DNA of 64,000 bases from Eledone cirrhosa (Eukaryota), in the NCBI GenBank assembly GCA_964016885.1, contig OZ024743.1:349990001-350054000 (forward strand). The letters are read 5' to 3'. The position numbers and the translations under genes were made by a program. The notes under the pieces were generated by a model. That model worked only from the letters and a program-made list of their open reading frames with translations. It was not told the DNA's origin and ran no database searches. How positions within the stretch are numbered: position 1 is the first letter of the stretch; each line of letters begins with the position of its first letter. Below, piece after piece: positions 25,496 to 40,054 of the stretch.

Positions 25496-27890
25496 TATCA
25501 ACCACTCAGCTGTTCAGGGGCAGGGATGGACTTTAGTGTCTATCTCGACGGACTGCCGCGGCTCTCAGCCACTGAGGCGGAGTGTTGAGAAAAGCCGATA
25601 ACAGCAGCTGAAGTACGGGAGACAATGACTGGCTACACAAGGGGTAAATCGCCTGGTTTGGATGGTCTGCCCTATGAACTTTACGTACAGATGTCAGACT
25701 TGTTCGGAGGCCTCTTGGCGGACGTCTACTGCAACTGGCAACAGAACGGGAGAATTCCCAGCTCTGTGAGCCGAGGAGCGGTGGCGCAGCTGAAAAAGGA
25801 TCCGAACAAGGGGGATAAGATAGATAATTTCAGGCCCATAACTCTGATAAACACAGAGTTCAAGATTTTGGCCGGGGTGCTAGCAAAGAGGTTAGCGCTT
25901 GTCGTTGATGGTCTGGTGGGAGATATGCGCCATTCCCGACAGATCCATCCACGACAACCTCTACCCTATGCGATGCATCGTGTAGAGGGTAGCTAGGGAA
26001 CCTGGCATGGGTGGGTCCTTGATCAATTTAGATCAGTCGAAAGCTTTCGATAGGGTCGGCCATCGTTATCTAGCGGCAGTCCTGCCATGCACAGCAGCAT
26101 CTGCTCTGTGGTGAGAGTGAAGGGTCACCTTTCAGAACCGTTCAACATCATGCGCTCGGTCCGCCAAGGATGTCCCCTCTCGTCCCTCTAGTACGTATTG
26201 ACTCTCGAGCCATTACTGCACAAACTGGAGACGTTAAGGGGGGTCTCGCGCTAACTAGGATGCGGAAGATCCGTGTCAGCATATGCGGACGATGTCACCG
26301 TAGTGCTGTCGAACGCCAAACACATCTAGGCGATCGGCACTACACTAAGAGAATACGAAGCGGTGACAGGAGCAATGATCAACCAGGAAAAGTCGGTGGG
26401 CCTGCAGCTCGGTACCTGGAGAGGCAGGTTCATGCCGTCCAACGGCGTCTTCAGGCACTGGACGGACGGACCGGTTAAATTGCTAGGGGTCTGGTTCCGT
26501 CCGGACCTCCAGACGGACAAAAATTGGGACGAGGTGACGAGCAGGGTGGCTTCTCTCACCCAGAAATGGGCTGAGAGGAGGTTATCCCTGAAAGGTCGAG
26601 CGGAGGTGGCTAACGCGTACATCGCGTCCGTCATCTACTACCGCCTGACCGTCGTGCCTTGTCCTAAGCCTCGCTTCTCTGCGCTGGAGCATTTGCGCTT
26701 TCGCTTTCTGTGGAAGGGACGCGCTCCGATGGTCAGGTGGTCCATCTGCTGTCAACACTCGCTACGTGGAGGGCTGGGCATGCCGTGGCTGATGATGCGC
26801 AGACACACGATCAGGCTTCGCCATCTCAAACCCCTTCCTCATCACTGATCAGGTGTGGTCGCCGTTTGCTAGACGCGTCTTTCCCCAGCTCGTTTCCTTG
26901 ACGGAGCTGCAGTGCTGGGTCAAGCGAAGACCGAGATGGAGCGCTTGGAGACTGGAATTTCTTCAGGCACTCACAGCCCTCGACCAGTCGGCCAATGCCA
27001 TCGATGGAAACTCCACCTCGGCGAGGATTAGTGGAGGTGAAGAGCGACGACGTACTTGGGGAAACTGTAGGCGTCGACGAAAATTAACTAGCCAATCTCT
27101 TCGGAAGGACTTTCGGGCCGGGGCCTATGTGGACAACTTCCAGAAATCCCTGGCCTGGTAGTGCTACCGATGAGCTTTGCCAGTTCGGGATAAACTCTAC
27201 AGGCATGGAGGTGCCGTCAGCCGGGAATGTCCGAGATGCGCGCAGGGCGACGAAACCGTCCTGCACGCACTCGTCCAGTGTCCGAGCATTGCTGACTTGT
27301 GGGTTTATGTCGAACACCTGCTGTCACGTGTAGGACGGATCCAGCTATCAGCTGAGTCCATCGTGAGGATTGTCCCGCCCTCTTCCTTTAGCCGGGAATG
27401 GCAGGTAGTTTTTATCTGTCTGGTGGCCATGGCGAAAGAGATAGTATGGTGGACACGTTTGAAAGGGCTGAAGACGAGCACTTACCTCTTCGGTGTTGCC
27501 CTGATTAACTTTTTCAAATTTCATTTGAAAAGGAAAATCAGGGTAGAGAGGGAAGTGCTCTCTTCCCAGCATTTTGTTGAAAGATGGGTGAGAGAAGCAA
27601 TATGGCCCGTGTGAATGGGCCTACTCTGAGTATGTGTCTGTAAATTAAAGGTGGAAAACTGGGAGAGGGCACTTGCCCTGGTGGTCAGGGTCACTGTGGC
27701 CTTTTAATGGGCTTTCTCCACAAATGTCCCTCGGAAGTCTCCCCCCTATTGGGGAATTTTTCATTGTTATTTTTTATTACATCCTCTGATTTTTTTAGAC
27801 GCAAAAATGCCCATTTGTACCGTCCTGTATTGTCCTGTACTGTCCTTAATGTCTACTTTATGTAAACCCTTGTGGTTAATAAAGAAAGCA
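25496..27890 (+). mobile_element. 5'-truncated, degraded L1/Tx1-like LINE
   Basis: GKSPGLDGLPYELY, FRPITLINTEFKILA, DQSKAFDRV, VRQGCPLS, YADD, GGLGMP, CPRC..H..C knuckle. AATAAA near the 3' end. Several frameshifts. Confidence 0.85.
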
Positions 27891-27914
27891 TTATTATTAT
27901 TATTATTATTATTA

Positions 27915-30900
27915 TAGCTGCATTTATCTTGCTTTATGTTCATACGAGTTATCACCAAGTCACAACCAGTGACCTCAAGAGACAACAAAGTCCGCCATGT
28001 TCAAGAAACAACATACATACTCACACATGCATCTTTAGGTGTTTAGACTTGTGATGTACTTATATTGACAGAATCTTCCTTAGTATATGGGCAGTTCCCA
28101 TTAGTACTATCTTTTGTATTTCTCCTATACGCGGGTTTCCTGGGATTTGCGATAAGTAATCATTAGACCCCTTAGGTATCATTCCTAGAGCGCCTACAAC
28201 CACTGGTATTGCTTTAGTTCTCAATTTCCACATTTTTCCAATTTCTATCCCCAGGTCCTTATACTTGCTCAATTTTTCAAATGTTTATACATTCTTGTCT
28301 ATTGGAACGGACATATCAATTAGCAGGCATACCCTCTTTTTAAAGTCCTTCAGTATTATATCAAGTCTATTTGCATCTACTTTTCAGTCTGTTTGGATTC
28401 TAAAGTTCCACAAGATTGCGATGTGATCTTTTTCAAGTATGGGAGGTGGTTGATGCTCCCACCAATTCTTTTGATGGGGCAGGTCAAAATGCTTACACAT
28501 TATCCAATGTATGTATTGTGCAGCTCTGTCATGCCTGTTTAGGTATTCGGTTGGAGCTATAGGACTGCACATTGAAATTATATGGTCAATGGTCTCTGGT
28601 TGTTTTTTACATACACGGCATAATGGGCTGCATCCATTTTTTATTATGTTGGCTTGGAAATTTTTTGTTGGCAGACACTGATCTTGTGCTGATATAATCA
28701 GTCCTTCAGTCTCCGATTTCAGTCCAGAGGATGCCAACCACTGATGGGTTAAAGTTTTGTCAACATCAGGATTGTTAGCTCGTTCTGGGTATTTTCCATA
28801 CAGAGGCTTTTCTTGCCATTTCTTAGCCAGTTTCTGTAGCAGTTCTTTCTTTGCAGTTACTTTTACCTGCTTTGCTTTTTCTGTGTTTTCCATTTCAGCA
28901 GTAAATGGGACTTCTGAAATGTGTAGTCCATTACTGTATCTTTGTGCATCTTTTGTAATGGAGTATGATCTTTTGATGCTTTCGTGCTCCAAAACGAGTT
29001 TGATCATCCAATCATGTGATTCCCTTAGATATGTAGATAATCCAATTGTTGCAGTTTTCAACGCAATGTCTAACTGGATTAACCCACGTTCTTTATCCTT
29101 TCCCTCACTGTCGAGTGCTTGATTCCGTCTCCTTCACAAACACCTAGATATTTGTAAGTTTCCTCTTGTTCAAGTTCTCTTATCACATTCCCCCGATCAA
29201 GATTAATGTCTGAACTTTTCAGCAGCTTTCCTCTGGTGAACGTTGCTTTGGCGCATTTATCTAGTTCAAACTCCATTTTAATGTCATCACTGAACTGCTC
29301 CACAGTGGATAATAGCCCTTGCAATTGTTCTTCATTTTTTGCAAATAGTTTCAGGTCATCCATGTAGAACAAGTGATTAATGGTTTTGTCATATACTTTA
29401 TATCCATGTTTTGTTTCATTGAGCATTTTACTTAATGGTATAAGTGCGATGCAGAATAAAAGCGGTGATAAAGAGTCACCCTGAAAAATTCCACAATTAA
29501 TATTAACTTCTCCAGCTTCCAGTGATTTTGTTTCACTATTCAAAAGGAGTGTCGTTTTCCATGTCTTCATACTGAATGACAAAAACTTCCTGACAACGGG
29601 AGATATTTTGAAAATCTCTAAACATTTTTCAATCCAACTGTGTGGCAAACTATCGAATGCTTTTTTATAATCTATCCAAGCAATTGATAGATGTTTGTGT
29701 CTATTATGACAATCTCCCAGTATCATTTTGTTAACCAAAAGCTGATCCTTACAGCCATATGAGCCTCGTTTACACCCTTTCTGCTCAATGGGAAATAGGT
29801 CATTTGTTATCAGGTGGTCATATGTATATTCAGTTAGGACTGATGTTAAAATTTTATACATTGTGGTCAAGCAAGTTATCGGTCTGTAATTTTTGGGATT
29901 GTTTGTCTCATCATTCTTCGGAAGCAGGAATGTAATGCCGTTAACTAGCCATGATGGTATCTTTTCTGGCTCCTTAACTATTTCATTGTAAAGTTGGGCT
30001 AACAGCTCATGAAACTCTGTGAAGGCATTTATCCAAAAATTTTGTATTTTGTCTTTTCCTGGGGATTTCCATTTGTTGGTTTTTCTTAGAGCCAAACGCA
30101 ACTGTTCAACTGTTATATTTTCCCATATTTGTTCCTCAAGGTGAGCTGTATCTTTCATTTATCTGTCTATCCATGGGGCATGTATATTATGAACTTTTCT
30201 TCGGCCCAGATTTTTTTCCAGAATTCTTGCACTTCCTCCTTGGGTGGTATTGATTCAGCAGTTATTGTTGACTTACCAATTTTTCTGTAGAAGTTTCTTT
30301 GGTTGTTTTTGAACATATTATTGTCCTTATAGAATCTAGATCGTTTTTCAAAGCGCCTTATACGAGCAGCTTTGGCCGACACTTTTTGCTTGATTATTTC
30401 TATCAGCATGTCTATGTCACTTGTTGATTTTATACTGTACTTTCTTTTCAATTTTCTAAGTTTAGTTTGTTTAACATGTTCACCTACTTTATAGTTTGTT
30501 AAAATTTCTATGTCAGATCGGAGAAGGTTATTTGGCGATTGATGTTCTCTTGCCAAGTAGATTTCTTGTGGGAATTCCTTTGTTTTTTCATCTTCACTCC
30601 ACATAAGTGAGTGGTGACTTTAGTCGATGCATAATAGAGATGTTTTAAATCAGTAATGTTTAGTTTGTTTGTGATGATAATGTTTTTGAGAATTATGTTA
30701 GTCTTGTGTATTATCTTTTGGTTCTGTTTGGAGTTCTGGATCTTAGGCAGGGTGTCTCGTTCCCCCATGTCAGATTCTCTAATTTTCATCCATTCGATCA
30801 TAATTTCATCCTTCAAGTTGGCAAGTTCATTCTCATTCGTTTCTTTATCATTTACGATCTAATTGTTTTCATTTGGAGTTTCATCTTGAGCATGCACTCC

Positions 30901-31640
30901 CTCCCCTTTTTCGATCCTTTCTTTAATTTGTTCTGTTGTCAGTGATTCCGCCCCAACCCTGGGATTCGAAGTGTTACAATTTACCTCGTTTTCACTGACA
31001 CATGTTTCATTTTCCCTTCGCTGACTTTGTGCTAATAGCTTGATCTGATCAATTTCTATATCAGTTAGTAACTTTTTTTTACAATATTTCTTCGTATATT
31101 GGCTAGTTTGTTACTGTCAATATAGCCTCTGTTTTCGGGATGTTTCTTTTTCCAGTTGATATATGTCTGTTCTGTATTCGATGTATTTGATGGGTAGTAC
31201 ATGGTAGTGTAGAAAGCCTCAAGGACTTCTTTATTATCTTCCCTTGACCATTTTTCTCTCTTTTTCTTTGGATTTCTTGGTGGTGAGCATGGAGGGCCAA
31301 CAGTAGGAGTATTCCGGTTATGGGAGGTCTCCAGCTCCGAAGTGATGGGAAGGTTTGAACCATTAGCTGATTTTTCGACCCCAGTCTGGTTCCTCTCTGA
31401 GGGACGCGGCCCTTTTTGACCCGGGTGACGGCCGATCCGGTATGAGATTTTATCATTAGACATTTACTTTATTTTGTCGCGTTTTATCTTTATCCGCCAA
31501 AGGGTAATCCTTTCGTGTTACCACTTCTAGGACGAGTCTCAACCAAGACTAGAGGGGTCGTCCTCCCCTAGAGACACGGCTATTCCCCGCCGGCCGCCAT
31601 CCCGGTATTTCTCTGTCACGGGGTTTTCTTTTTTGTTGTT
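27915..31640 (-). mobile_element. Near full-length degraded R4/Dong-like LINE (RT + RLE)
   Basis: ORF pieces 31463 to 28060: KSPGKDKIQNFW, EQKGCKRGSYGCKDQLL, GIFQGDSLSP, YMDD, CRVC..H....C, RHD, KYKDL. (ATT)n tracts on both sides. Confidence 0.88.
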
Positions 31641-31722
31641 TTTTAAATTGTTATTATCATGAGTGGTTCCTTAATGTGAGCATTGCGTGGCTTAAGAATG
31701 AAATTATTTTAGAATTAAATTA

Positions 31723-31786
<64 letters not shown>

Positions 31787-31804
31787 GTTGTTGTTGTTGT
31801 TGTT

Positions 31805-31860
<56 letters not shown>
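31723..31860. repeat. (ATT)n(GTT)n compound microsatellite
   Basis: Visible array. Confidence 0.9.
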
Positions 31861-32131
<271 letters not shown>

Positions 32132-32345
32132 CAGTGTGCGTCTAAAGAAACCAACCAAGGGTAAAAACTTATTTAGTCAGTTAACACAAATTGTTTGGAA
32201 AATTATATACATACATGCACACCTGATTCATGCATACATATAAACGGTCAACTACATACGAACAATTTTAAATGCAAGCATATACAAATTTGAGCATATG
32301 AGTAAAACAAACCGTGGTATATAAAGATATCTGTTCCCTTTCTAG

Positions 32346-32468
32346 ATATTTCCTCAGCACTGTTTTGCAGTATCAAATACATGAGACGATTTGTCAAGCT
32401 ACTGGAAGAAATGTTCCTGTTCAAAATTGTGACATCGCTGGTTCTAAACAGGCTGGTGCTAAACTTTT
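32346..32468 (+). CDS. ACE: ACE-like exon (YFLSTVLQYQIHETICQATG...CDIAGSKQAGAKL)
   Basis: ttttctag/ acceptor, /gtaagt donor, 123 nt, in phase. ACE-like YF...QFQFHE.LC...CDI..S..AG pattern. Confidence 0.94.
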
Positions 32469-32669
32469 GTAAGTAAAATATATTTGGTAATATATAATAT
32501 ACATATATATAGTTCCAAGCATGACTGTGTTGTTACGGAATTCGCTTTTGCAACAACGTGGTTATGCGTCCAATCCTGATTCATGGTACAATGACCCACT
32601 TTCCCATTACCTCGGGTTGACCAATACTTTGTGAGTTGAATTTAATAGGCAGAAAACTCTATATATATA

Positions 32670-32765
32670 CAGGGTTTCTCAAAAAATGTATACACACTTT
32701 GATTGCCTGTCCAGGCAATATCTATTAGAAAGCTGTTGAAACGTGGATACATTTTTGGGGACACC

Positions 32766-32768
<3 letters not shown>
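32670..32768. mobile_element. 99-bp Tc1/mariner-type MITE
   Basis: TA-CAGGGTTTCTCAAAAAATGTATACAC ... GTGGATACATTTTTGGGACACCCTG-TA. Confidence 0.7.
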
Positions 32769-32833
<65 letters not shown>

Positions 32834-32838
<5 letters not shown>

Positions 32839-35271
32839 AAGAGAAATAGGACGAATGTAAACAGTTACAAAAGAATTTAATCCACGTATTAACAATTGTT
32901 TCATCAGAATTTCACTCCATTATTGCTACACTATGCTTCATACAACAAGCTTCATAAAGACATGGATACCTTTCTAAACAAGCTGCGCACCACTAACGGG
33001 ATTATTGTCAAAGCGGAGAAAACATCTAACGTGTACACAATGGACATTAATACTTACCACGACCTTATACGGAAGGACTTACATAAAAAATATAAGAAAT
33101 CCATTAACAAAGCACTACTTAACATCAACAAACAAGCACACCATAGTCAAAAGTCTAGAACTTGAAGATAGAACTGAGCCCATGACAACTTGCACCCCCA
33201 CCTTTAATCTTAAGGACCACAAATTAGATTTCCTAGATAAACCCACTATTAGATTAATATGCCCATCTAAGTCAGACATAGGTAAAATTAGCAAGCATAT
33301 TTTAGATAGAATAATAATACAATTAAGGAATAAACTAGTTATTAAACTTTGGGACAATACTAGCGACACAATTAAATGGTTTAATAGTATAGATAACAAA
33401 AATACCTCTAACTTTATACAATTCGACATTAATGACTATTACTCCTCCATATCACCCGATACTCTAAACAAGGCACTAGAATTTGCGAAAGCCAACTCTG
33501 ACTTAACCGACGACGAAATAAACATTATCCTAGCAGCTAGAAAGACGATAATTAAATTTGAAAATAACTTTTGGATACGTAAGGATAGAATAGATAACTT
33601 TGACATAACTATGGGTGCTAATGACTCAGCACAAGTTACGGATATTGTTGGTATATACATAGTCCACACCTTACATAATAAAGTTAGTTACCTTCAAGGT
33701 GGAATATATAGAGATGACGCTCTCCTATTAGTTAAAAACATGAATAAACAAAACATAGAGCGAACCCGTAAGAGCATTAGAAGAACCCTAGATAGCCTTG
33801 GCCTTAAAATCACCTACGAATATAGTACCAAAGTAGTTAACTTCCTAGATGCCAACTTCAACCTCAACACCCAAATTTTCACACCCTTTCACAAAAACAA
33901 TGAGAACCTCACCTACATCCACACTAGCTCTAACCACCCACTATCTATTATAAGGTCCGTGCCACATAGTATATCACTTAGAATATCCCGCCTCTCATCT
34001 GACCAACAAATATTCGATCAACACGCTGAATACTACAACACTGCATTAGAACGGGCTGGCCACACCGACAAACTAGAATACATGGACCGACACAACCATA
34101 AAACACATAACCACAGACACGCCAAACGCCCCCACAAACACCCGCACACACGCACCTAGACCCCCTAATACTAACCACACCACAAATACAACAGCAACAT
34201 CAAAGCAAAACAGAACACGGAGTAGATCTTACATTTGGTATAATCCTATTTTTAACTCTTCTATTAGCTCTAACTTACCTTCCACATTCTACAAAATTAT
34301 AAAAAAACACTTTCCAAATTCACATAAATATAGTAGTATACTTAATACCAAAACAATTAGACTATCTTATTCCACTGCACCAAACCTAGACGCACACATT
34401 AACATGCTCAACGCCAAAAAACTCCGTAACAACAACACCCCAATCACTCAACACAATAATACACCTAATACACAACGACCCACTAACAATCAGTATGCAA
34501 AAAACACACTCACACACACATCCCAGCCCATCTATAACTCCACCACTACCCATAACAGAAATTGTAATTGCCACCTTCCAGAGACTTGTCCATTGCCACC
34601 TTCCAGAGACTTGTCCATTGAATAACGAATGTTTGCATTCAAACCTAGTGTACAGGTGCCGGTTGAGTCGGGCAACCAAACCTGGTACTACATAGGCAGC
34701 ACTGCAAACACCTTCAAAACTCGTTGGTACACGCATCGTTACGCAATAAAGCGCCACCAACACCGTTACGTAACGACTCTCGCCGACAAAATTTGGCACT
34801 TAAAAGGGAGTAACCGACAATACACCCTTAAATGGACCAAACTCTCACATGCTCCTCCATACCGGAGTGGGATGAAAACGTGCCCGTTGTGTAATAATGA
34901 GCTCTTCCATATCCTAAGCTCAAGCCACCAACTACTCAACAACAAAATTGAAAGGTCAATTTTTTGCCAGCATAAACTGAAAGCGAAATTCTCACACTTC
35001 AAACCTTCAACCAAATCTTAACACTACCTATCTTTCTACCCTAAATAACAATTCTACACCCCTAAAAATAGACTATATATGAAATTTAATACTTTCTTCC
35101 TTCATCTGTTCTCTGGTAAGACTTTCGCCTGTCCACTTCCAAATGCCTCTTAAAATTCTATCATCCTTCTCTCTCCCTCTACTCATCACAACTCTTAGCA
35201 CACAACCCTCCTCCCCCTCCCTATACAAATCCTCTCACACCACACTATCTCTTTCTTTCCCTACCTCCATC

Positions 35272-35339
<68 letters not shown>

Positions 35340-35699
35340 TCTTTTGCCCCTCTCTCTCTCTATTCCTCTATCTTACACTACTACCCCTTATTTCAATTCA
35401 TAAGGTCATTCCAACTTTGTATTTTGAAAATTCGGATGCTACAGTATCTTTCTTGATTGCCTATTATAACATAGTGTAGCAATAATGGAGTGAAATTCTG
35501 ATGAAACAATTGTTAATACGTGGATTAAATTCTTTTGTAACTGTTTACCTTCGTCCTATTTCTCTTCTTTGATTACACTCCTCGTTTGTTCGTGTTTCCA
35601 CTACAGAATCCCTACCAACCTGTCGAGTCACCTTAACGTATGTTGAGAACTTTCCTCACAACTTGTTCTACCAAGCTTTGGAATACTCCTAATAACTGA

Positions 35700-35702
<3 letters not shown>
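32834..35702 (+). mobile_element. Penelope-like element (Nematis-like RT + C-terminal GIY-YIG), 5'-truncated and disrupted
   Basis: AEKTSNVY, IRLICP, FDINDYYSSI, MGANDSAQ, YRDD, NFLD, SNHP, WYYIGST..FKTR. Inverted arm 32834-32935 versus 35469-35570, tail 35571-35702. Frameshifts and stop present. Confidence 0.9.
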
Positions 35703-35735
<33 letters not shown>

Positions 35736-35739
<4 letters not shown>

Positions 35740-38700
35740 TCAGGTTATCAATAATGTAGTGATAATATATCGTTACGTTAGAGATGAACAGCGTACGTGC
35801 AGGTTTGCTCAACGAGTATAAATTATATTCCGGAGAAATGTAGAAAGGATGAATATAAAATGAAAGTGCTTTTGTTAAAAAAGGAATCTATTAGGTATTG
35901 ACATATGTTTCTGTAACAGACCGAATACCTATGTATCGCTGCTTGCGTAATCATATAATGTTAGCAAGTATTCGATAGCAAATGTATAATCAGTTGTCAC
36001 TTCTTCAGAGATTTTGGATAAACTGGATAAAATCAGAAAAATTGAAGTATTTATATTAGTAAAAGAGGAAGGAACAGAGGGGATAGAATATGACAGATGG
36101 TAAAATAATTTACTGCTAAACAAGTATATAATGGGTTTTTAATGAGAATACCATGAGTAAATCTAAATAAGAATTTTGGGAGTGCCAATTTTAATCTCTA
36201 CTTGACCAACTGGACAGTGGACAGGGCTGGTCATTTGGTGCAGTAGTATTAATTATAAAGTGTCAATTGGGGAAGGGGGAGATTTCGATTGCTACTAAAT
36301 AACATCAATGCTAGTAGTCAGCTGGTATTTGCACTAGGGAATTGAATCAAGAAATCAGAAATCTCATTTTATCTATAGCAGTTTGTATTAAAAGGTAAAT
36401 AATAGAAGAGTTGATAGAATTAAGACTAATAAAGAATGTTCATATCTATTTTGACAATCAAACGGGGATAGAGACAGGCGTTCAATCCTGGTAGTATTTA
36501 TAATATGAAAATGTATATTTTAAGCGATGGTTACAGTATAACGATCGCTCTATTCTGTTATTTAATAAAATGTTTTTGGATTTCATAATACAAAATAATT
36601 CTACATTACATAATTTACAAAATTCCTGTCCATTGGAATATGGGGGGGGGGGGGGGGGCAGTCGCTATTATATCCCATTTTAGGTGAAATTGTTGGTTAT
36701 TTTCACGCAGCTGCCAAGCCTTGTCTGCGAGTGTTGTTACATAACGCTGGTTTTCATGTTTTATCGAATAACGATGTCTATAAAGGCGTGATTTGAAGGA
36801 GGTGGCTGTAGATCCCACATAGTACCACTTCTGTCTATCCGATTCGATAGTACATTTGTATACGATGTTGCGTTCAAGACACTGATTGTTCAACGGACAC
36901 ATTCCTGGTTGGACACAGTTGCAATTACAATTTTGCGTTGTTGTATTGCCATGGATGGGTTGATGAGGTTGCTTATGTAGGACAGGATGTTGTTTGTTGT
37001 TTTGTGATGTTATAGCTAATGTTTTACGTGTATTGTTATGTGTTGGAAGGCGTTTATACAACCGTTTTGCGTTAAGCATTTTTATATGTTGTTCAATGTT
37101 AGGGGCGGTTGAATATGAAAGTCGAATGGTGTTAGGGTTTAAGATTTTATTATATTTATGTGATGTTGGAAAGTGTTTTCTAACTAATCGAAAGAATTTT
37201 GAGGGTAGATTGGTTTTAATAGATTTGTTATAGACCGGGTTGTACCAGATATACTCCTTACATCGCCTTCTGTTTGGTGGTGTGCGACTATTATTGTGTC
37301 TATTATATATTTGCTAATTTTACCTATATCAGATTTAGAGGGGCATCAAATTTACAAAACGTAAGAACAATAAACTACAGAATGACATCACGGCACTGCT
37401 CAATAATCTAAAAAACGTCAATGGAATTATTGTTAGAGCAGACAAAACATCAAACGTATATACCATGGATGTGGACACTTACAATAACTTCATCCGTAAG
37501 GAATTGCATAAAAAATACAGGAAAACTAATGAAGCCACACTTAAAAACATCAACAACTCGGCATGTGATATTGTTAAAAAACTTTGTATTGACGATAGAA
37601 CGCAACCCTTAACACCAGCTATACCATCCTTCAACCTGAAGGACCACAAGGTAAACTTCGATACTAACCCTAATATTAGACTTATATGCCCCTCTAAATC
37701 TGATATAGGTAAAATTAGCAAATATATACTAGACAGAATTATCCCCCAAGTTAAGGTTAAAGTAGAGATTAAACTATGGGGTAACACTCATGAAGCAATA
37801 AGATGGTTTAACAACATTACTGATAAGAAAAAATCAAAATTTATTCAGTTTGATATTGATGAATATTATTCCTCAATTTCACCTGATACTCTACATGAAG
37901 CTCTTTCGTTCGCTAAGGATAATTCCGACCTTACGGATGCTGAAATTAAAATTATTATGGAAGCGAGAAAAACTATAGTTAAATTCGATGATAGCTACTG
38001 GGTTCGCAAAGATAGACCTTCTAATTTTGATATCACTATGGGTTCTAATGATTCGGCGGAAGTAACAGATCTTGTGGGAATTTATATCACCCACAGATTA
38101 CAAGGAAAATTCAAGGATCTCCACGGTGGAATTTACCGTGACGATGCGCTCCTATTAGTTAAGCATATGAATAACCAGAATTTAGAAAGGATGCGTAAAA
38201 ATATCAGAAAACTTTTTAAAGAACTAGGATTAAATATTACATTTGAATATAACCTCAAAGAGGTCAATTTCCTTGATGTTACTTTCAATCTCAATACAGA
38301 TACGATTAAACCGTTCCATAAACTAAATGAGAACCTTAAATATGTAAATACGAGTTCTAACCATCCACTCTCTATAATTAAATCCATCCCTAGAAATGTT
38401 TCTCTTAGAATCTCCCGCCTATCGTCCAACCAACAAACCTTCAAAGAACATGCCGAGTATTATGATGATGCACTTAGGAAAGCCGGTTACCTAGATAATA
38501 TAGAGTATATAGTCAATGATCACCAAAACACCCAAAATAAATCACATAGGAGTAGAAATAGCACAGAATCACCACCATACATACACTACCGCAATAGACA
38601 CAATAATAGTCGCACACCACCAAACAGAAGGCAATGTAAGGAGTATATCTGGTACAACCCGGTCTATAACAAATCTATTAAAACCAATCTACCCTCAAAA

Positions 38701-40054
38701 TTCTTTCGATTAGTTAGAAAACACTTTCCAACATCACATAAATATAATAAAATCTTAAACCCTAACACCATTCGACTTTCATATTCAACCGCCCCTAATA
38801 TTGAACAACATATAAAAATGCTTAACGCAAAACGGTTGTATAAACGCCTTCCAACACATAACAATACACGTAAAACATTAGCTATAACATCACAAAACAA
38901 CAAACAACATCCTGTCCTACATAAGTAACCTCATCAACCCATCCATGGCAATACAACAACGCAAAATTGTAATTGCAACTGTGTCCAACCAGGAATGTGT
39001 CCGTTGAACAATCAGTGTCTTGAACACAACATCGTATACAAATGTACTATCGAATCGGATAGACAGAAGTTGTACTATGTGGGATCTACAGCCACCTCCT
39101 TCAAATCACGCCTTTATAGACATCGTTATTCGATAAAACCTGAAAACCAGCGTTATGTAACAACACTCGCAGACAAGGCTTGGCAGCTGCGTGAAAATAA
39201 CCAACAATTTCACCTAAAATGGGATATAATAGCGACTGCCCCCCCCCCCCCCCCCCCCCCATATTCCAATGGACAGGAATTTTGTAAATTATGTAATGTA
39301 GAATTATTTTGTATTATGAAATCCAAAAACATTTTATTAAATAACAGAATAGAGCGATCGTTATACTGTAACCATCGCTTAAAATATACATTTTCATATT
39401 ATAAATACTACCAGGATTGAACGCCTGTCTCTATCCCCGTTTGATTGTCAAAATAGATATGAACATTCTTTATTAGTCTTAATTCTATCAACTCTTCTAT
39501 TATTTACCTTTTAATACAAACTGCTATAGATAAAATGAGATTTCTGATTTCTTGATTCAATTCCCTAGTGCAAATACCAGCTGACTACTAGCATTGATGT
39601 TATTTAGTAGCAATCGAAATCTCCCCCTTCCCCAATTGACACTTTATAATTAATACTACTGCACCAAATGACCAGCCCTGTCCACTGTCCAGTTGGTCAA
39701 GTAGAGATTAAAATTGGCACTCCCAAAATTCTTATTTAGATTTACTCATGGTATTCTCATTAAAAACCCATTATATACTTGTTTAGCAGTAAATTATTTT
39801 ACCATCTGTCATATTCTATCCCCTCTGTTCCTTCCTCTTTTACTAATATAAATACTTCAATTTTTCTGATTTTATCCAGTTTATCCAAAATCTCTGAAGA
39901 AGTGACAACTGATTATACATTTGCTATCGAATACTTGCTAACATTATATGATTACGCAAGCAGCGATACATAGGTATTCGGTCTGTTACAGAAACATATG
40001 TCAATACCTAATAGATTCCTTTTTTAACAAAAGCACTTTCATTTTATATTCATC

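Noticed and set aside
39893-39915. CTGAAGA-AGT-GACA-ACT as a hammerhead
   Set aside because: It is followed by GATT rather than GAAA and has no stem I partner.
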